From the IMG/VR virus record IMGVR_UViG_3300037471_001733, positions 22,201 through 86,200 of that record: a stretch of DNA of 64,000 nt. The stretch is one strand, 5' to 3'. The notes under the pieces are model-generated. The model was given only the letters and a program-made list of their open reading frames with translations, did not search any database and was not told the origin of the DNA. Each line of letters starts with the position of its first letter. The first letter of the stretch is position 1. This DNA comes from a virus (Duplodnaviria; Heunggongvirae; Uroviricota; Caudoviricetes). Below are positions 18,191-25,278 of the stretch, one piece after another. Both the position numbers and the translations under genes were made by a program.

Positions 18191-18318
18191 TGCGCCGCAC
18201 GAATGGCGGCAATGTCTGCATGGATCAGCGCGCGGACTTGCAGGCGGCGCACGAGGGATTGATCGTTGCGCATGGGTAGCAGAACCCGCAGCGCATACAT
18301 AAGAGAGAAACGAGACAT
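18187..18318 (-). CDS. 43-aa leader ORF (first gene of leftward operon)
   Basis: MSRFSLMYALRVLLPMRNDQSLVRRLQVRALIHADIAAIRAAH; GGGGTTGAG RBS; its TGA sits in cassette copy 1; just downstream of leftward promoter. Confidence 0.3.
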   Translation of the reverse strand: MSRFSLMYALRVLLPMRNDQSLVRRLQVRALIHADIAAIRAAH

Positions 18319-18366
18319 CTCAACCCCTTGCCACTGATTACGCGCGGCGCCGTTTGGTATGTCTCT

Positions 18367-18395
18367 AATGTAGGCGATACGACTACATGATGCAA
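18367..18395 (-). promoter_or_regulatory. leftward promoter (-35 TTGCAT, 17-nt spacer, -10 TACATT) with embedded palindromic operator O1 ATGTAGGCGATACGACTACAT (TGTAG-N9-CTACA)
   Basis: seen in sequence; operator occupies the spacer. Confidence 0.55.
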
Positions 18396-18667
18396 GCCCT
18401 TGCGCAAACTTTTTTCATGCGCCATGGCGGCGCGGCTGCACGTATATTGATAGTGCTGCGCCGCATAGGTGCGGCTTTGCTTTGCCTGCTCGCTTTTGCC
18501 TGCTGGTGCTGCAGCATGGGCACGAGTGCCTGCGCCATGGATGCGCCGCACTGGTCTGCGCGCCGTGCGCCGCCTCGTGCTGATCAGCTGCGCCGCCGGT
18601 CGAGCTGGTGCGCGACGTTGAGCGGCTGCCTCGTGCTGGCAATCGAGCGAGTGCGCGACCTGGCGCA

Positions 18668-18766
18668 CCCCCTCTGATGGAAACACAGGCAACCCCCTGG
18701 AGTGGAAACACAGGCCAGGCGCACCCTCTCCACGGGAATTACGGAACCCCCTGAGATGGAAACAGG
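18668..18766. repeat. iteron cluster A: 3 direct repeats plus 1 degenerate copy of CCCCCT-N4-GTGGAAACA(CA)GG
   Basis: 18668-18689, 18693-18714, 18747-18766; degenerate 18724-18744. Confidence 0.6.
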
Positions 18767-18784
18767 AATTCACAAATAAACTAC

Positions 18785-18813
18785 TTGCGTTCTGTAGTCG
18801 TTGCGCCTACATT
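18785..18813 (+). promoter_or_regulatory. rightward promoter (-35 TTGCGT, 17-nt spacer, -10 TACATT) with operator O2 TGTAGTCGTTGCGCCTACA
   Basis: mirror-image twin of the leftward promoter/O1, about 430 bp away; GGAG RBS and ATG 18873 downstream. Confidence 0.55.
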
Positions 18814-18872
18814 GGACACATCGCAGCACTGCTGCAGCGGCGCCACCCGCGACGAGTGGCACTGGAGTTGAT

Positions 18873-19547
18873 ATGTTTGGAAAATACGGCAAGCGGATTA
18901 CCGATCCTGCGGAACTGCGCGAGTATCGTTTGAGCTATGTCCCGGCCGCGCTGCGCGACCAGTGCCAGCACGTGAAGTGCAAAACCGGCGATGCTGAGGC
19001 GTGGATCTGGAGCGACAAGGGCCGCGCCTACGCGGTGGGTTTCTCCGGTCGCGGCAAACACCCGTGGTCGCGCAATGGTGGCCAGGGAGCGGCCTACTAC
19101 TTCAAAACCCCGGAAGCGCGCCGCTCCTGGGTTGCGGAACTGTTTGCAGACGCCATGGCCGACGCAAAGCGCGCCGAGGAGCGCAAGGCGCAAAAGGCCG
19201 CAGCGCGTGCAAAGCCGCACGCCTTGCAGGTGGGAGATGTGTTGCGCTCCTCCTGGGGGTACGACCAAACCAATATCGACTATTACGAGGTCACGAAGCT
19301 TGTCGGCTCACAGATGGTCGAGGTTCGGCGCATTGCCTGCCAGTCTGAGGAAACCGCGCACATGCAAGGCGTGAGCGTTCCCGCCCCTGGCCACTACATC
19401 GGCGAGCCGAAGCGTTGCAAGGTCTCCGACTACGGCAACCGCGACTCGGTCAAGGTGTCCGAGGTGGCGCACGCCTACAAGATGACCCCGCGCATCGTCG
19501 GCGGCGTCAAGGTTTTCAACTCGTCTAGCTGGACGGCCTACGCCTGA
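18873..19547 (+). CDS. hypothetical protein (first rightward gene of module)
   Basis: 224 aa from ATG with GGAG RBS at -8. Confidence 0.5.
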   Translation: MFGKYGKRITDPAELREYRLSYVPAALRDQCQHVKCKTGDAEAWIWSDKGRAYAVGFSGRGKHPWSRNGGQGAAYYFKTPEARRSWVAELFADAMADAKRAEERKAQKAAARAKPHALQVGDVLRSSWGYDQTNIDYYEVTKLVGSQMVEVRRIACQSEETAHMQGVSVPAPGHYIGEPKRCKVSDYGNRDSVKVSEVAHAYKMTPRIVGGVKVFNSSSWTAYA

Positions 19548-19605
19548 TCAACCAGGGCCGCTCATGCGGCGGCCCCCTTACGTGAATTTCACAGGAGCAC
19601 CGACC

Positions 19606-19908
19606 ATGGGCACCACGACCGGCCGACTCTTCCGCACGATCCGCAGCACGGGACGTGGAAGCGACTACTTCGGCACCTGCGACCAGTGCGGCAAGCACAT
19701 GAGCGAATGCCACGTGAGCCAAGTTCAGCGCGAATATCGGCGCGACGATGGCACCACGTACACCGGGCCCGTGACCGGCGGCGCCTATGGGCATCGTGAG
19801 TGCTTGGTCAAGCACTTCGGCGAACCCGTCCCAGCGGTGACGCGCGAATCCGTGCGAGTTTCGCCCTTTACTGATCCGGCGCGCTTCCCCAAAACGCTGC
19901 GCGCCTGA
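19606..19908 (+). CDS. small zinc-binding protein (CDQC...H...C)
   Basis: 100 aa from ATG with AGGAG RBS; stop lies in TGACCCCTTCC motif. Confidence 0.5.
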   Translation: MGTTTGRLFRTIRSTGRGSDYFGTCDQCGKHMSECHVSQVQREYRRDDGTTYTGPVTGGAYGHRECLVKHFGEPVPAVTRESVRVSPFTDPARFPKTLRA

Positions 19909-19916
19909 CCCCTTCC
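19906..19916 (+). promoter_or_regulatory. conserved post-gene motif TGACCCCTTCC (copy 1 of 3; stop codon is first triplet)
   Basis: identical 11-mer at 19906, 20338, 21883, each time ending a gene. Confidence 0.4.
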
Positions 19917-19944
19917 GTAGATTGCACAGCAGGAGCACCACACC

Positions 19945-20340
19945 ATGGGAGCAGCAGCAGAACACCGGGGCAATGCCCTGATCCGCAGGCAGGCCGGCGC
20001 AGCGCATGCCGCGCGCCAAGCCATCGAGGACGCAGCGCGCGCCGCGCAGGTGGCCGAGGACTGCAACGAGTTTGCCCGCCAAGCGTGGGCGTATCTGCTC
20101 GACCCTTCCGGCCTGCGGCAACCCGCAGTGGAGCGCGCAAAGACTCGGCGCGGCTGGGCTAAGCGCCATGCGGAACTCAGTGCCGCGCATTGCGCATGGG
20201 TTGATGCGGACCATCGCAACGCCATGGCCTACCTTAGCGCCTGCATCCGCCGCGCGAAAGCCGCGCATGCGCTACTCACATTTGCGCTGGGCGGCTGGAC
20301 GATCCCGGATCACATTGAAGTGCCGCGCGCTGCGGCTTGA
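19945..20340 (+). CDS. hypothetical protein
   Basis: 131 aa, AGGAG RBS; ends in TGACCCCTTCC copy 2 (20338-20348). Confidence 0.5.
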   Translation: MGAAAEHRGNALIRRQAGAAHAARQAIEDAARAAQVAEDCNEFARQAWAYLLDPSGLRQPAVERAKTRRGWAKRHAELSAAHCAWVDADHRNAMAYLSACIRRAKAAHALLTFALGGWTIPDHIEVPRAAA

Positions 20341-20453
20341 CCCCTTCCGGCGCACTCGCAAGGGTGCGCATTGCGATGCAGCCACGCGGAAGCATCGCAA
20401 TGCGCCAGCGCGCATAACGGCGCCGTCCCGGCTTGAGGCGGCAGGAGATTCAG

Positions 20454-22262
20454 ATGTCAGCACAAGACTTGATTGTTAGGATCAACGCAGCCGCCCAGGT
20501 GGCCCCGGAGCAACTGCCCAAAGGGGCGCAGCCGCGCGACCACATGATTGCCTTTGAGTACACCGACGCCCACGGCACGCGCGGCTGCATGCGCATCCTG
20601 AACACCCGGGCGCGGCTGCTGGCCTTCGCTGAGCAGGTGCGGAAGAACGCGGCAGCATTCGACGGCAAGCCGCGCAGCAAGCCCGCCGGGCCGCGCAAGA
20701 TTGCCGGCGCATCCCCGCTTTCCACGGCGCGCGCACTGCTCAAGGATGGCGCGCGGGTTGAAGCCCTCGCAGCGCTTGAGGCGCGCGGCGGGGAGGTGTT
20801 TTTCGGCGCCGCTGGCGTGCCTGTGCTGCATCAGGTTGCACAGCGCGTGGAGCACGAGGGCCGCCGCTGGGTTGTCACGCGCTGCGCCGTTGATGGTCTC
20901 ATCTACCTCATTCACGAGGCGTCCGGGCTGTCAGCAGGCGGCAAGGGCTTGCCTGAGATGCGCAGCATTGCGGATGCCCTGGCGCGGCTTGAGCTCGTGC
21001 ACCGGGACGAGGCGGAAAACGGCTACCGGCAGCGAATGATTGCTGCGATCGAGCAAGCGGCGGATTACGACCAGCAGGCGGCGCGCGCGGCTTTCGAGGC
21101 GTGCGATGGTCTCAAGAGCAAGGATGCCGCGCCGGTGGCTCAGGAAGCGTACCAGCAGGCGCGCGCGCTGTCGGCGGCGCAGGTGGCGCCCGATGTCGAG
21201 CCGGCAGTAGATGCAGACCCCTCCCCGGTGGAAAGCGAAGCCGAGGCGGCACCCCCTGTAGCGGAAACGCCTGCGGCAGCTGACACCCCTGCAGCGGAAA
21301 TCGAGTCCAGCGCGCCGGCGGTTGCGCCAGCATCCCCTCCGGCGGATTCACAGGCAGGCGCTGCACCCCCTGCGATGGAAAGCGCGCAGCCTGCGCCGCT
21401 TGCCACCGCGCCAGGCCGATCGGATGCGCTCATCGCGCGGGCCATCGCTTGGGTTGCCGTAGTCTGGGGAACCGCCAGCGTGCCGAGCGTTGCGGACTAC
21501 CGCGCCGGCCGGTGCGATGACACATTCCCGTGGGCGGGCGGCAGCCGCGCCGCCGGCTATCTGACATGGGCCGACCTCATTGGCGAGTGCATGGCCGCGC
21601 TGGAGCGCGACGACAGCGCCGACCAGGCGGCACGAGACGCCGCACTGCAACCACCGACCCCCATCCGTAGGAAAGGCCCGCGACAACATGAGCAGCACAC
21701 CCCATCCCGTGCAACCCGCAGTGCCAACCGGCCGCGAGTGGTGGACCCGCGGGCTGCTCGACTGGCACGCCGAGGCGCTGCACGCCGCCCAGGAGATCGC
21801 CGCGCTGCGCGAATCACTGGCTGCGGAGCGCGCAATGGTCCGCGAGCTGCAGGAGGCGCTCGCTGCCCGCCGGCAGGCCGCTTGACCCCTTCCCGGGGAA
21901 TCACGGCGCCACAAGCTTGCCGCCCCTGGCGCGACGCCAGCGAAACCCGAGACTGCACCCATAAAAACCTGGAGCACAGCATGACCTACACCGAAGCCAT
22001 CCAAGCCCTGCGCGACGCTATTGCGCAGGCCCCGAAGGGTGAAAAGCTGCAAGCCTTCCAAGCCAAGCGGGAGAAGATAATAGGGGCAATGCCCAAGGTG
22101 GAAATCTGTGGCGGCGAGCAGTGCATCCGCTATCCCAAGGGCTACCGCTTTGACTGCGGTCGCGAGGTCCACACGGACTGGATGTGGCAACCGTTTGCCA
22201 GCGAGGAAATCGCCATGCGGCCTGGCAACCTGCCGTACATCCTGCGCATGCCGGCTGCCTGA
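20454..22262 (+). CDS. iteron-containing ORF (candidate replication-initiator-like protein); 3' third is probably read-through overlapping two separately translated small genes
   Basis: ATG 20454 with AGGAG RBS; no in-frame stop until 22262; central P/A/E-rich linker encoded by iterons; Arg-rich junk-like translation 21650-21980. Confidence 0.4.
   Translation: MSAQDLIVRINAAAQVAPEQLPKGAQPRDHMIAFEYTDAHGTRGCMRILNTRARLLAFAEQVRKNAAAFDGKPRSKPAGPRKIAGASPLSTARALLKDGARVEALAALEARGGEVFFGAAGVPVLHQVAQRVEHEGRRWVVTRCAVDGLIYLIHEASGLSAGGKGLPEMRSIADALARLELVHRDEAENGYRQRMIAAIEQAADYDQQAARAAFEACDGLKSKDAAPVAQEAYQQARALSAAQVAPDVEPAVDADPSPVESEAEAAPPVAETPAAADTPAAEIESSAPAVAPASPPADSQAGAAPPAMESAQPAPLATAPGRSDALIARAIAWVAVVWGTASVPSVADYRAGRCDDTFPWAGGSRAAGYLTWADLIGECMAALERDDSADQAARDAALQPPTPIRRKGPRQHEQHTPSRATRSANRPRVVDPRAARLARRGAARRPGDRRAARITGCGARNGPRAAGGARCPPAGRLTPSRGITAPQACRPWRDASETRDCTHKNLEHSMTYTEAIQALRDAIAQAPKGEKLQAFQAKREKIIGAMPKVEICGGEQCIRYPKGYRFDCGREVHTDWMWQPFASEEIAMRPGNLPYILRMPAA
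21218..21385. repeat. iteron cluster B inside coding sequence: 4 repeats plus 1 degenerate copy (CCCCTCCCCGGTGGAAAGCG, CCCCCTGTAGCGGAAACGCC, CCCCTGCAGCGGAAATCG, CCCCCTGCGATGGAAAGCGC)
   Basis: 21218-21237, 21252-21270, 21286-21303, 21366-21385; degenerate 21334-21354; each encodes P-P/A-V/A-E-S/T. Confidence 0.6.
21688..21885 (+). CDS. small coiled-coil protein (65 aa), overlaps the long ORF in another frame
   Basis: AGGAAAGG RBS; ends in TGACCCCTTCC copy 3 (21883-21893). Confidence 0.45.
   Translation: MSSTPHPVQPAVPTGREWWTRGLLDWHAEALHAAQEIAALRESLAAERAMVRELQEALAARRQAA
21980..22262 (+). CDS. small Cys-containing protein (94 aa)
   Basis: internal ATG with GGAG RBS, same frame as long ORF, clean stop. 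Confidence 0.45.
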
Positions 22263-22345
22263 CGCATTGTCCGGTGGCGCAGCCTTTGGCGTTCAGCGCT
22301 ATTTGAACAAGGTGCGCGGTTTAGTTCAGGCGTACTTGAATAGCG

Positions 22346-22395
22346 CCCCCCCATGTAGTGAAAACAGGGCATCAACCCCATCCAGCGGATACAGG
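22346..22395. repeat. iteron cluster C (2 copies: CCCCCCCATGTAGTGAAAACAGGG, CCCCATCCAGCGGATACAGG)
   Basis: second copy overlaps RBS of next gene. Confidence 0.5.
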
Positions 22396-22404
22396 AGTCA
22401 AACC

Positions 22405-22695
22405 ATGGGAAGTATCAACCTCGGCCGCCACCACGTCGCCATCAGCGATCAATGGACGATCTACACCCCTGGCCTACCTGGCTGGCAGATGCTGGGCGTG
22501 ATCACCCGCAGCAAGGGTGGCGAGCAGATCACGAAGGCGCTGGCCCGCAGCCCGAAGGGCGAGCTCTGCGCGGTGCGTGGGCTGTCAGCCGAGCCGCTTG
22601 TCCAGCGAAAGGCTGAAGCGGCGCTGGCGGCTGCGATGCGCGAGGCCCATCCGGTGGAAACAGATGGCACCCATTCCGAGGGAAACAGGGCTTGA
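22405..22695 (+). CDS. hypothetical protein (96 aa) with C-terminal iteron-encoded tail
   Basis: AGGAG RBS; last 15 codons are iteron cluster D. Confidence 0.5.
   Translation: MGSINLGRHHVAISDQWTIYTPGLPGWQMLGVITRSKGGEQITKALARSPKGELCAVRGLSAEPLVQRKAEAALAAAMREAHPVETDGTHSEGNRA
22646..22690. repeat. iteron cluster D (2 copies: CCCATCCGGTGGAAACAG, CCCATTCCGAGGGAAACAGGG)
   Basis: seen in sequence. Confidence 0.5.
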
Positions 22696-22719
22696 ATATG
22701 TAGGTTAAGCGCCTACACT
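22692..22719 (+). promoter_or_regulatory. promoter/operator O3 (-35 TTGAAT, 16-nt spacer containing TGTAGGTTAAGCGCCTACA, -10 TACACT); predicted leaderless start at ATG 22726
   Basis: third TGTAG-N9-CTACA palindrome with same architecture as O1/O2; -10 ends 6 nt before ATG, no RBS. Confidence 0.5.
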
Positions 22720-22725
22720 GGCATC

Positions 22726-22956
22726 ATGAGCACCTTACCGCCGCGCACGCCAGAGAACATCAAAGCCTTCCGCCAGCGTGCCGGCTGGACGCAGGAGAAG
22801 GCATGCGAGATGGCGTGCATCCACGACCGCCAAACCTGGCGTAAGTACGAAAACGGCACGCTCAAGATGAGCGAAGAGCGCTGGCGGCTGGCGCACTTTA
22901 TGGCCAACCTGCACCCCGACTTCGACGTTCGGCCGCGTACCAAGGCTGCGGCCTAG
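22726..22956 (+). CDS. XRE-family helix-turn-helix regulator (candidate repressor of the TGTAG-N9-CTACA operators)
   Basis: 76 aa; 'IKAFRQRAGWTQEKACEMACIHDRQTWRKYENG' HTH_XRE signature. Confidence 0.7.
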   Translation: MSTLPPRTPENIKAFRQRAGWTQEKACEMACIHDRQTWRKYENGTLKMSEERWRLAHFMANLHPDFDVRPRTKAAA

Positions 22957-22989
22957 CCTTCGCCCTCTGAGTACCGCCGGGAGGCGGCG

Positions 22990-23334
22990 TCAACCGTTTG
23001 GGTTCTGTGCCAGCCAAGCCCGGATCATCGCCTTGACCGCGGCGTGCAGGCCGTGTGGCGCGTAGACGCCACGCACTTCCTCGATACCTCTTTCCTTGAG
23101 CAGGGCCCTTCTTGCTCGATTCCTCTCTGTCGAGCTCTTCCCCGAAGGGGCTTTCGCGGTGGCGTTCATGAGCAGTTCCGTGCCATCGATTTTCTTCTCA
23201 GGCAAGGAGCAGGGGGCCAGTTCGCACTCTGCGGGAGCATTTGAGGGGGGCGGTTTGTTCTCGACCATTTGGCATTGACCCGTCGCGCGCGACGGTCCAT
23301 CATTCTTCGCTTTTCGACGATCAGAAGCCGCCAT
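22990..23334 (-). CDS. ribbon-helix-helix-like small DNA-binding protein (start possibly internal at ~23166)
   Basis: 'KSSTERNRARRALLKERGIEEVRGVYAP' resembles RHH/antitoxin-like S.AER.R.YR.R....G...V.VW.P motif. Confidence 0.45.
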   Translation of the reverse strand: MAASDRRKAKNDGPSRATGQCQMVENKPPPSNAPAECELAPCSLPEKKIDGTELLMNATAKAPSGKSSTERNRARRALLKERGIEEVRGVYAPHGLHAAVKAMIRAWLAQNPNG

Positions 23335-23433
23335 AAGTTGTGATGCGGCCGGAGTGCGCTAGTTGCAAGAACTATCAATTGGCATTCTCAAGGCGCAAGC
23401 GTGTCTTGCCAAGACTTTGTTGCACAGAGAGCG

Positions 23434-23449
23434 GCATGGATGCCGCTTT
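23434..23449. promoter_or_regulatory. perfect 16-bp palindrome GCGGCAT-GG-ATGCCGC in divergent intergenic region
   Basis: seen in sequence. Confidence 0.35.
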
Positions 23450-23568
23450 TGCGTTTGTGCAATCACCTCGAAAGGTTCCTGCCAGAGGATGCCGCCGATT
23501 GCCCACTATGGGGCAGGAACCAGTTCCACAATCGAAGCGCCACGCACTACGAAGAGTGGAGTTGCGCC

Positions 23569-24279
23569 ATGGACTGCGGCAAGAGAAGAACATGGGAGTG
23601 TGGCGTGACAACGAACTCTAAGAGGCTTTCTGGTAGACCATCTTTTAATTGGTCTATACCTGAGCCAGAAGAAGTTAAAGAAGTTAGATTGAAAGCCAAT
23701 TTGTCTCAGAGAGAAGCTTGTAATCTTTCTGGGATTAAAGAAGTAATGACTTGGAGTAATTGCGAAACTAGGAGAGCCGATGGCACTCCTAAGGCCCGCA
23801 TGGACCCAATTAGATGGGAATATTTCCTTCTAATAGTTGGACAACATTCCAAATTCGTTATTCTTCCGAGACTCGGGGTTGAACAGCCAAGAGAGGCGGC
23901 AGCTTTAACTAGGAAAGGTCCGTCTCTGCCTGGGGAGAACATTACTTTCGCAGTCGAGAGCCGAACTAGTGAAGACGAGTGGCGCTTGGTAGAAGGCGGA
24001 CAGTTCACAGCTCTGACTGCGGCATGTGTGGCCATAGACACGATGGTTGCCTGCAGGAACCTAAATGAACTAAGGGTGTCGCGTTACTCAGGTGGCGACT
24101 TCGTGATGGCAGTGCATGGGCCTGGTGTCTCTATGGACGAAGGCCCGAAGCGTTTTACCCATGCAAAGGCTGCGCCATCTCGAAGGACTGGGACTGACAG
24201 GAACGGAGCAGACCCAGGAGACCCAGATAATGATGGAAATGGAAGCAGAAATTCCAATGGTTTCGACCCTCAGGATTGA
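23569..24279 (+). CDS. HTH_XRE-domain protein with uncharacterised approx. 150-aa C-terminal domain, encoded in a low-GC island
   Basis: GGAG RBS; 'VKEVRLKANLSQREACNLSGIKEVMTWSNCE' HTH; AGA/AGG/TCT/AAT-rich codon usage unlike the rest of the window. Confidence 0.6.
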   Translation: MDCGKRRTWECGVTTNSKRLSGRPSFNWSIPEPEEVKEVRLKANLSQREACNLSGIKEVMTWSNCETRRADGTPKARMDPIRWEYFLLIVGQHSKFVILPRLGVEQPREAAALTRKGPSLPGENITFAVESRTSEDEWRLVEGGQFTALTAACVAIDTMVACRNLNELRVSRYSGGDFVMAVHGPGVSMDEGPKRFTHAKAAPSRRTGTDRNGADPGDPDNDGNGSRNSNGFDPQD

Positions 24280-24306
24280 CATTCCCCGAAATAGGGAAGC
24301 CCAGGA

Positions 24307-25227
24307 TCAGCCACCTTGGGCATGCAGGAACCTTCGCATTTCTCGCTCCACCTCGCCGAGCATCTCGCTCATGCGGTCAAGCATGTGGCCCGCAAAGCGG
24401 CGCTGGACATCGGTCTCGCCAAGCGACTCACGAACCAGGCCGGTGCCTCGGCAGAAGCGGCACTTCATCTGCAGCGCAGAGCCGTAGGCACCCTGGGTAT
24501 CCTTCCCTCCTTTCTTGCCGACGCGCGGCTGCGATTGAAGTACCGATCCGACGCCGCAGCACGGACCACAACGGGGATTGAGCCAACTGCGCAGCACGCG
24601 GCCTGTGATCGCCGCCACAGCCTTGTCGGACAGGCTGCTTTGCTGGGCTGCCTTGGTGACCCGTCGATGCCATTCTTGATGCCGAGCTCGCAACTGCTCG
24701 TCGGTCTCGCCCTGCCGCCGTCTCGGTTCGGCCGGCAGCCGGAGTCCCTGCAGCGGGAACTTTGAGGCTTCGATGGTTGCCCAGCGGAACAGCGCGTCGC
24801 GCGCCGACTCCAGCGTCCTCAGCTTCGACAACATCAGCGCTTGCTCGGAGATCGCCTCGCGCTTAGCTTGGTCGCGCAGCGCTTCAAGGTCGGCGATCTT
24901 CTGCTCAAGCACCTCCTTGTCCTGCGCCGCCTGGCTCAGCATCAGCCGCGAAACCTCCTTCGCTGCCGACTTGATCGCCTCCTCCAGTTGGATCTGACGC
25001 CTCAAGGCCAGCGCGTGATCGCCTTTCACGCCGTCCCACTCGACGTGCAGTCTGAGCAGCAGTGGCGCAAGCGCACGCTCGGCATTGCCGCGATACCGGC
25101 TCTCGACGCAGCCGGCGGCGATGAGCAAGTCGACGTCCGTGATGCGTAGTCTGTTGACTTTCAAGCGCTTGGCAGTGATGGCCTGGCCGTACCGCTCTTC
25201 AATGGTGATAGGGGCGTCGGAAGTCAC
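24307..25227 (-). CDS. DnaJ-type zinc-finger (2x CxxCxGxG) protein with coiled-coil, at the lambdoid Q position
   Basis: 306 aa; 'CGPCCGVG' and 'CRFCRGTG' motifs; last gene of early-right operon. Confidence 0.55.
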   Translation of the reverse strand: MTSDAPITIEERYGQAITAKRLKVNRLRITDVDLLIAAGCVESRYRGNAERALAPLLLRLHVEWDGVKGDHALALRRQIQLEEAIKSAAKEVSRLMLSQAAQDKEVLEQKIADLEALRDQAKREAISEQALMLSKLRTLESARDALFRWATIEASKFPLQGLRLPAEPRRRQGETDEQLRARHQEWHRRVTKAAQQSSLSDKAVAAITGRVLRSWLNPRCGPCCGVGSVLQSQPRVGKKGGKDTQGAYGSALQMKCRFCRGTGLVRESLGETDVQRRFAGHMLDRMSEMLGEVEREMRRFLHAQGG

Positions 25228-25278
25228 AGCGAATCCTCTCGGTCCTGCTTCAAATTTCCAGATTGACGGAGACGCCGG

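Noticed and set aside
18225-18773. 182-aa minus-strand ORF and 96-aa plus ORF (18387..18677) covering the control region
   Set aside because: Both span operators/iterons, lack RBS, and are Arg/Cys-rich junk; the region is better explained as regulatory DNA with a 43-aa leader ORF
19903-19925. TTGACC within TGACCCCTTCC as a -35 promoter element
   Set aside because: No suitably spaced -10 (the nearest TAGATT is only 7 nt away); the motif is better described as a conserved gene-end element
20433-22262. Treating the 609-aa ORF as one straightforward protein
   Set aside because: C-terminal third translates as Arg-rich nonsense and overlaps two well-signalled small genes; kept only as a flagged ORF
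18668-22690. The approx. 20-bp direct repeats could be read as a CRISPR array
   Set aside because: Repeats are imperfect, irregularly spaced (3-70 bp), partly inside ORFs, have no uniform spacers and no cas genes; they behave as iterons
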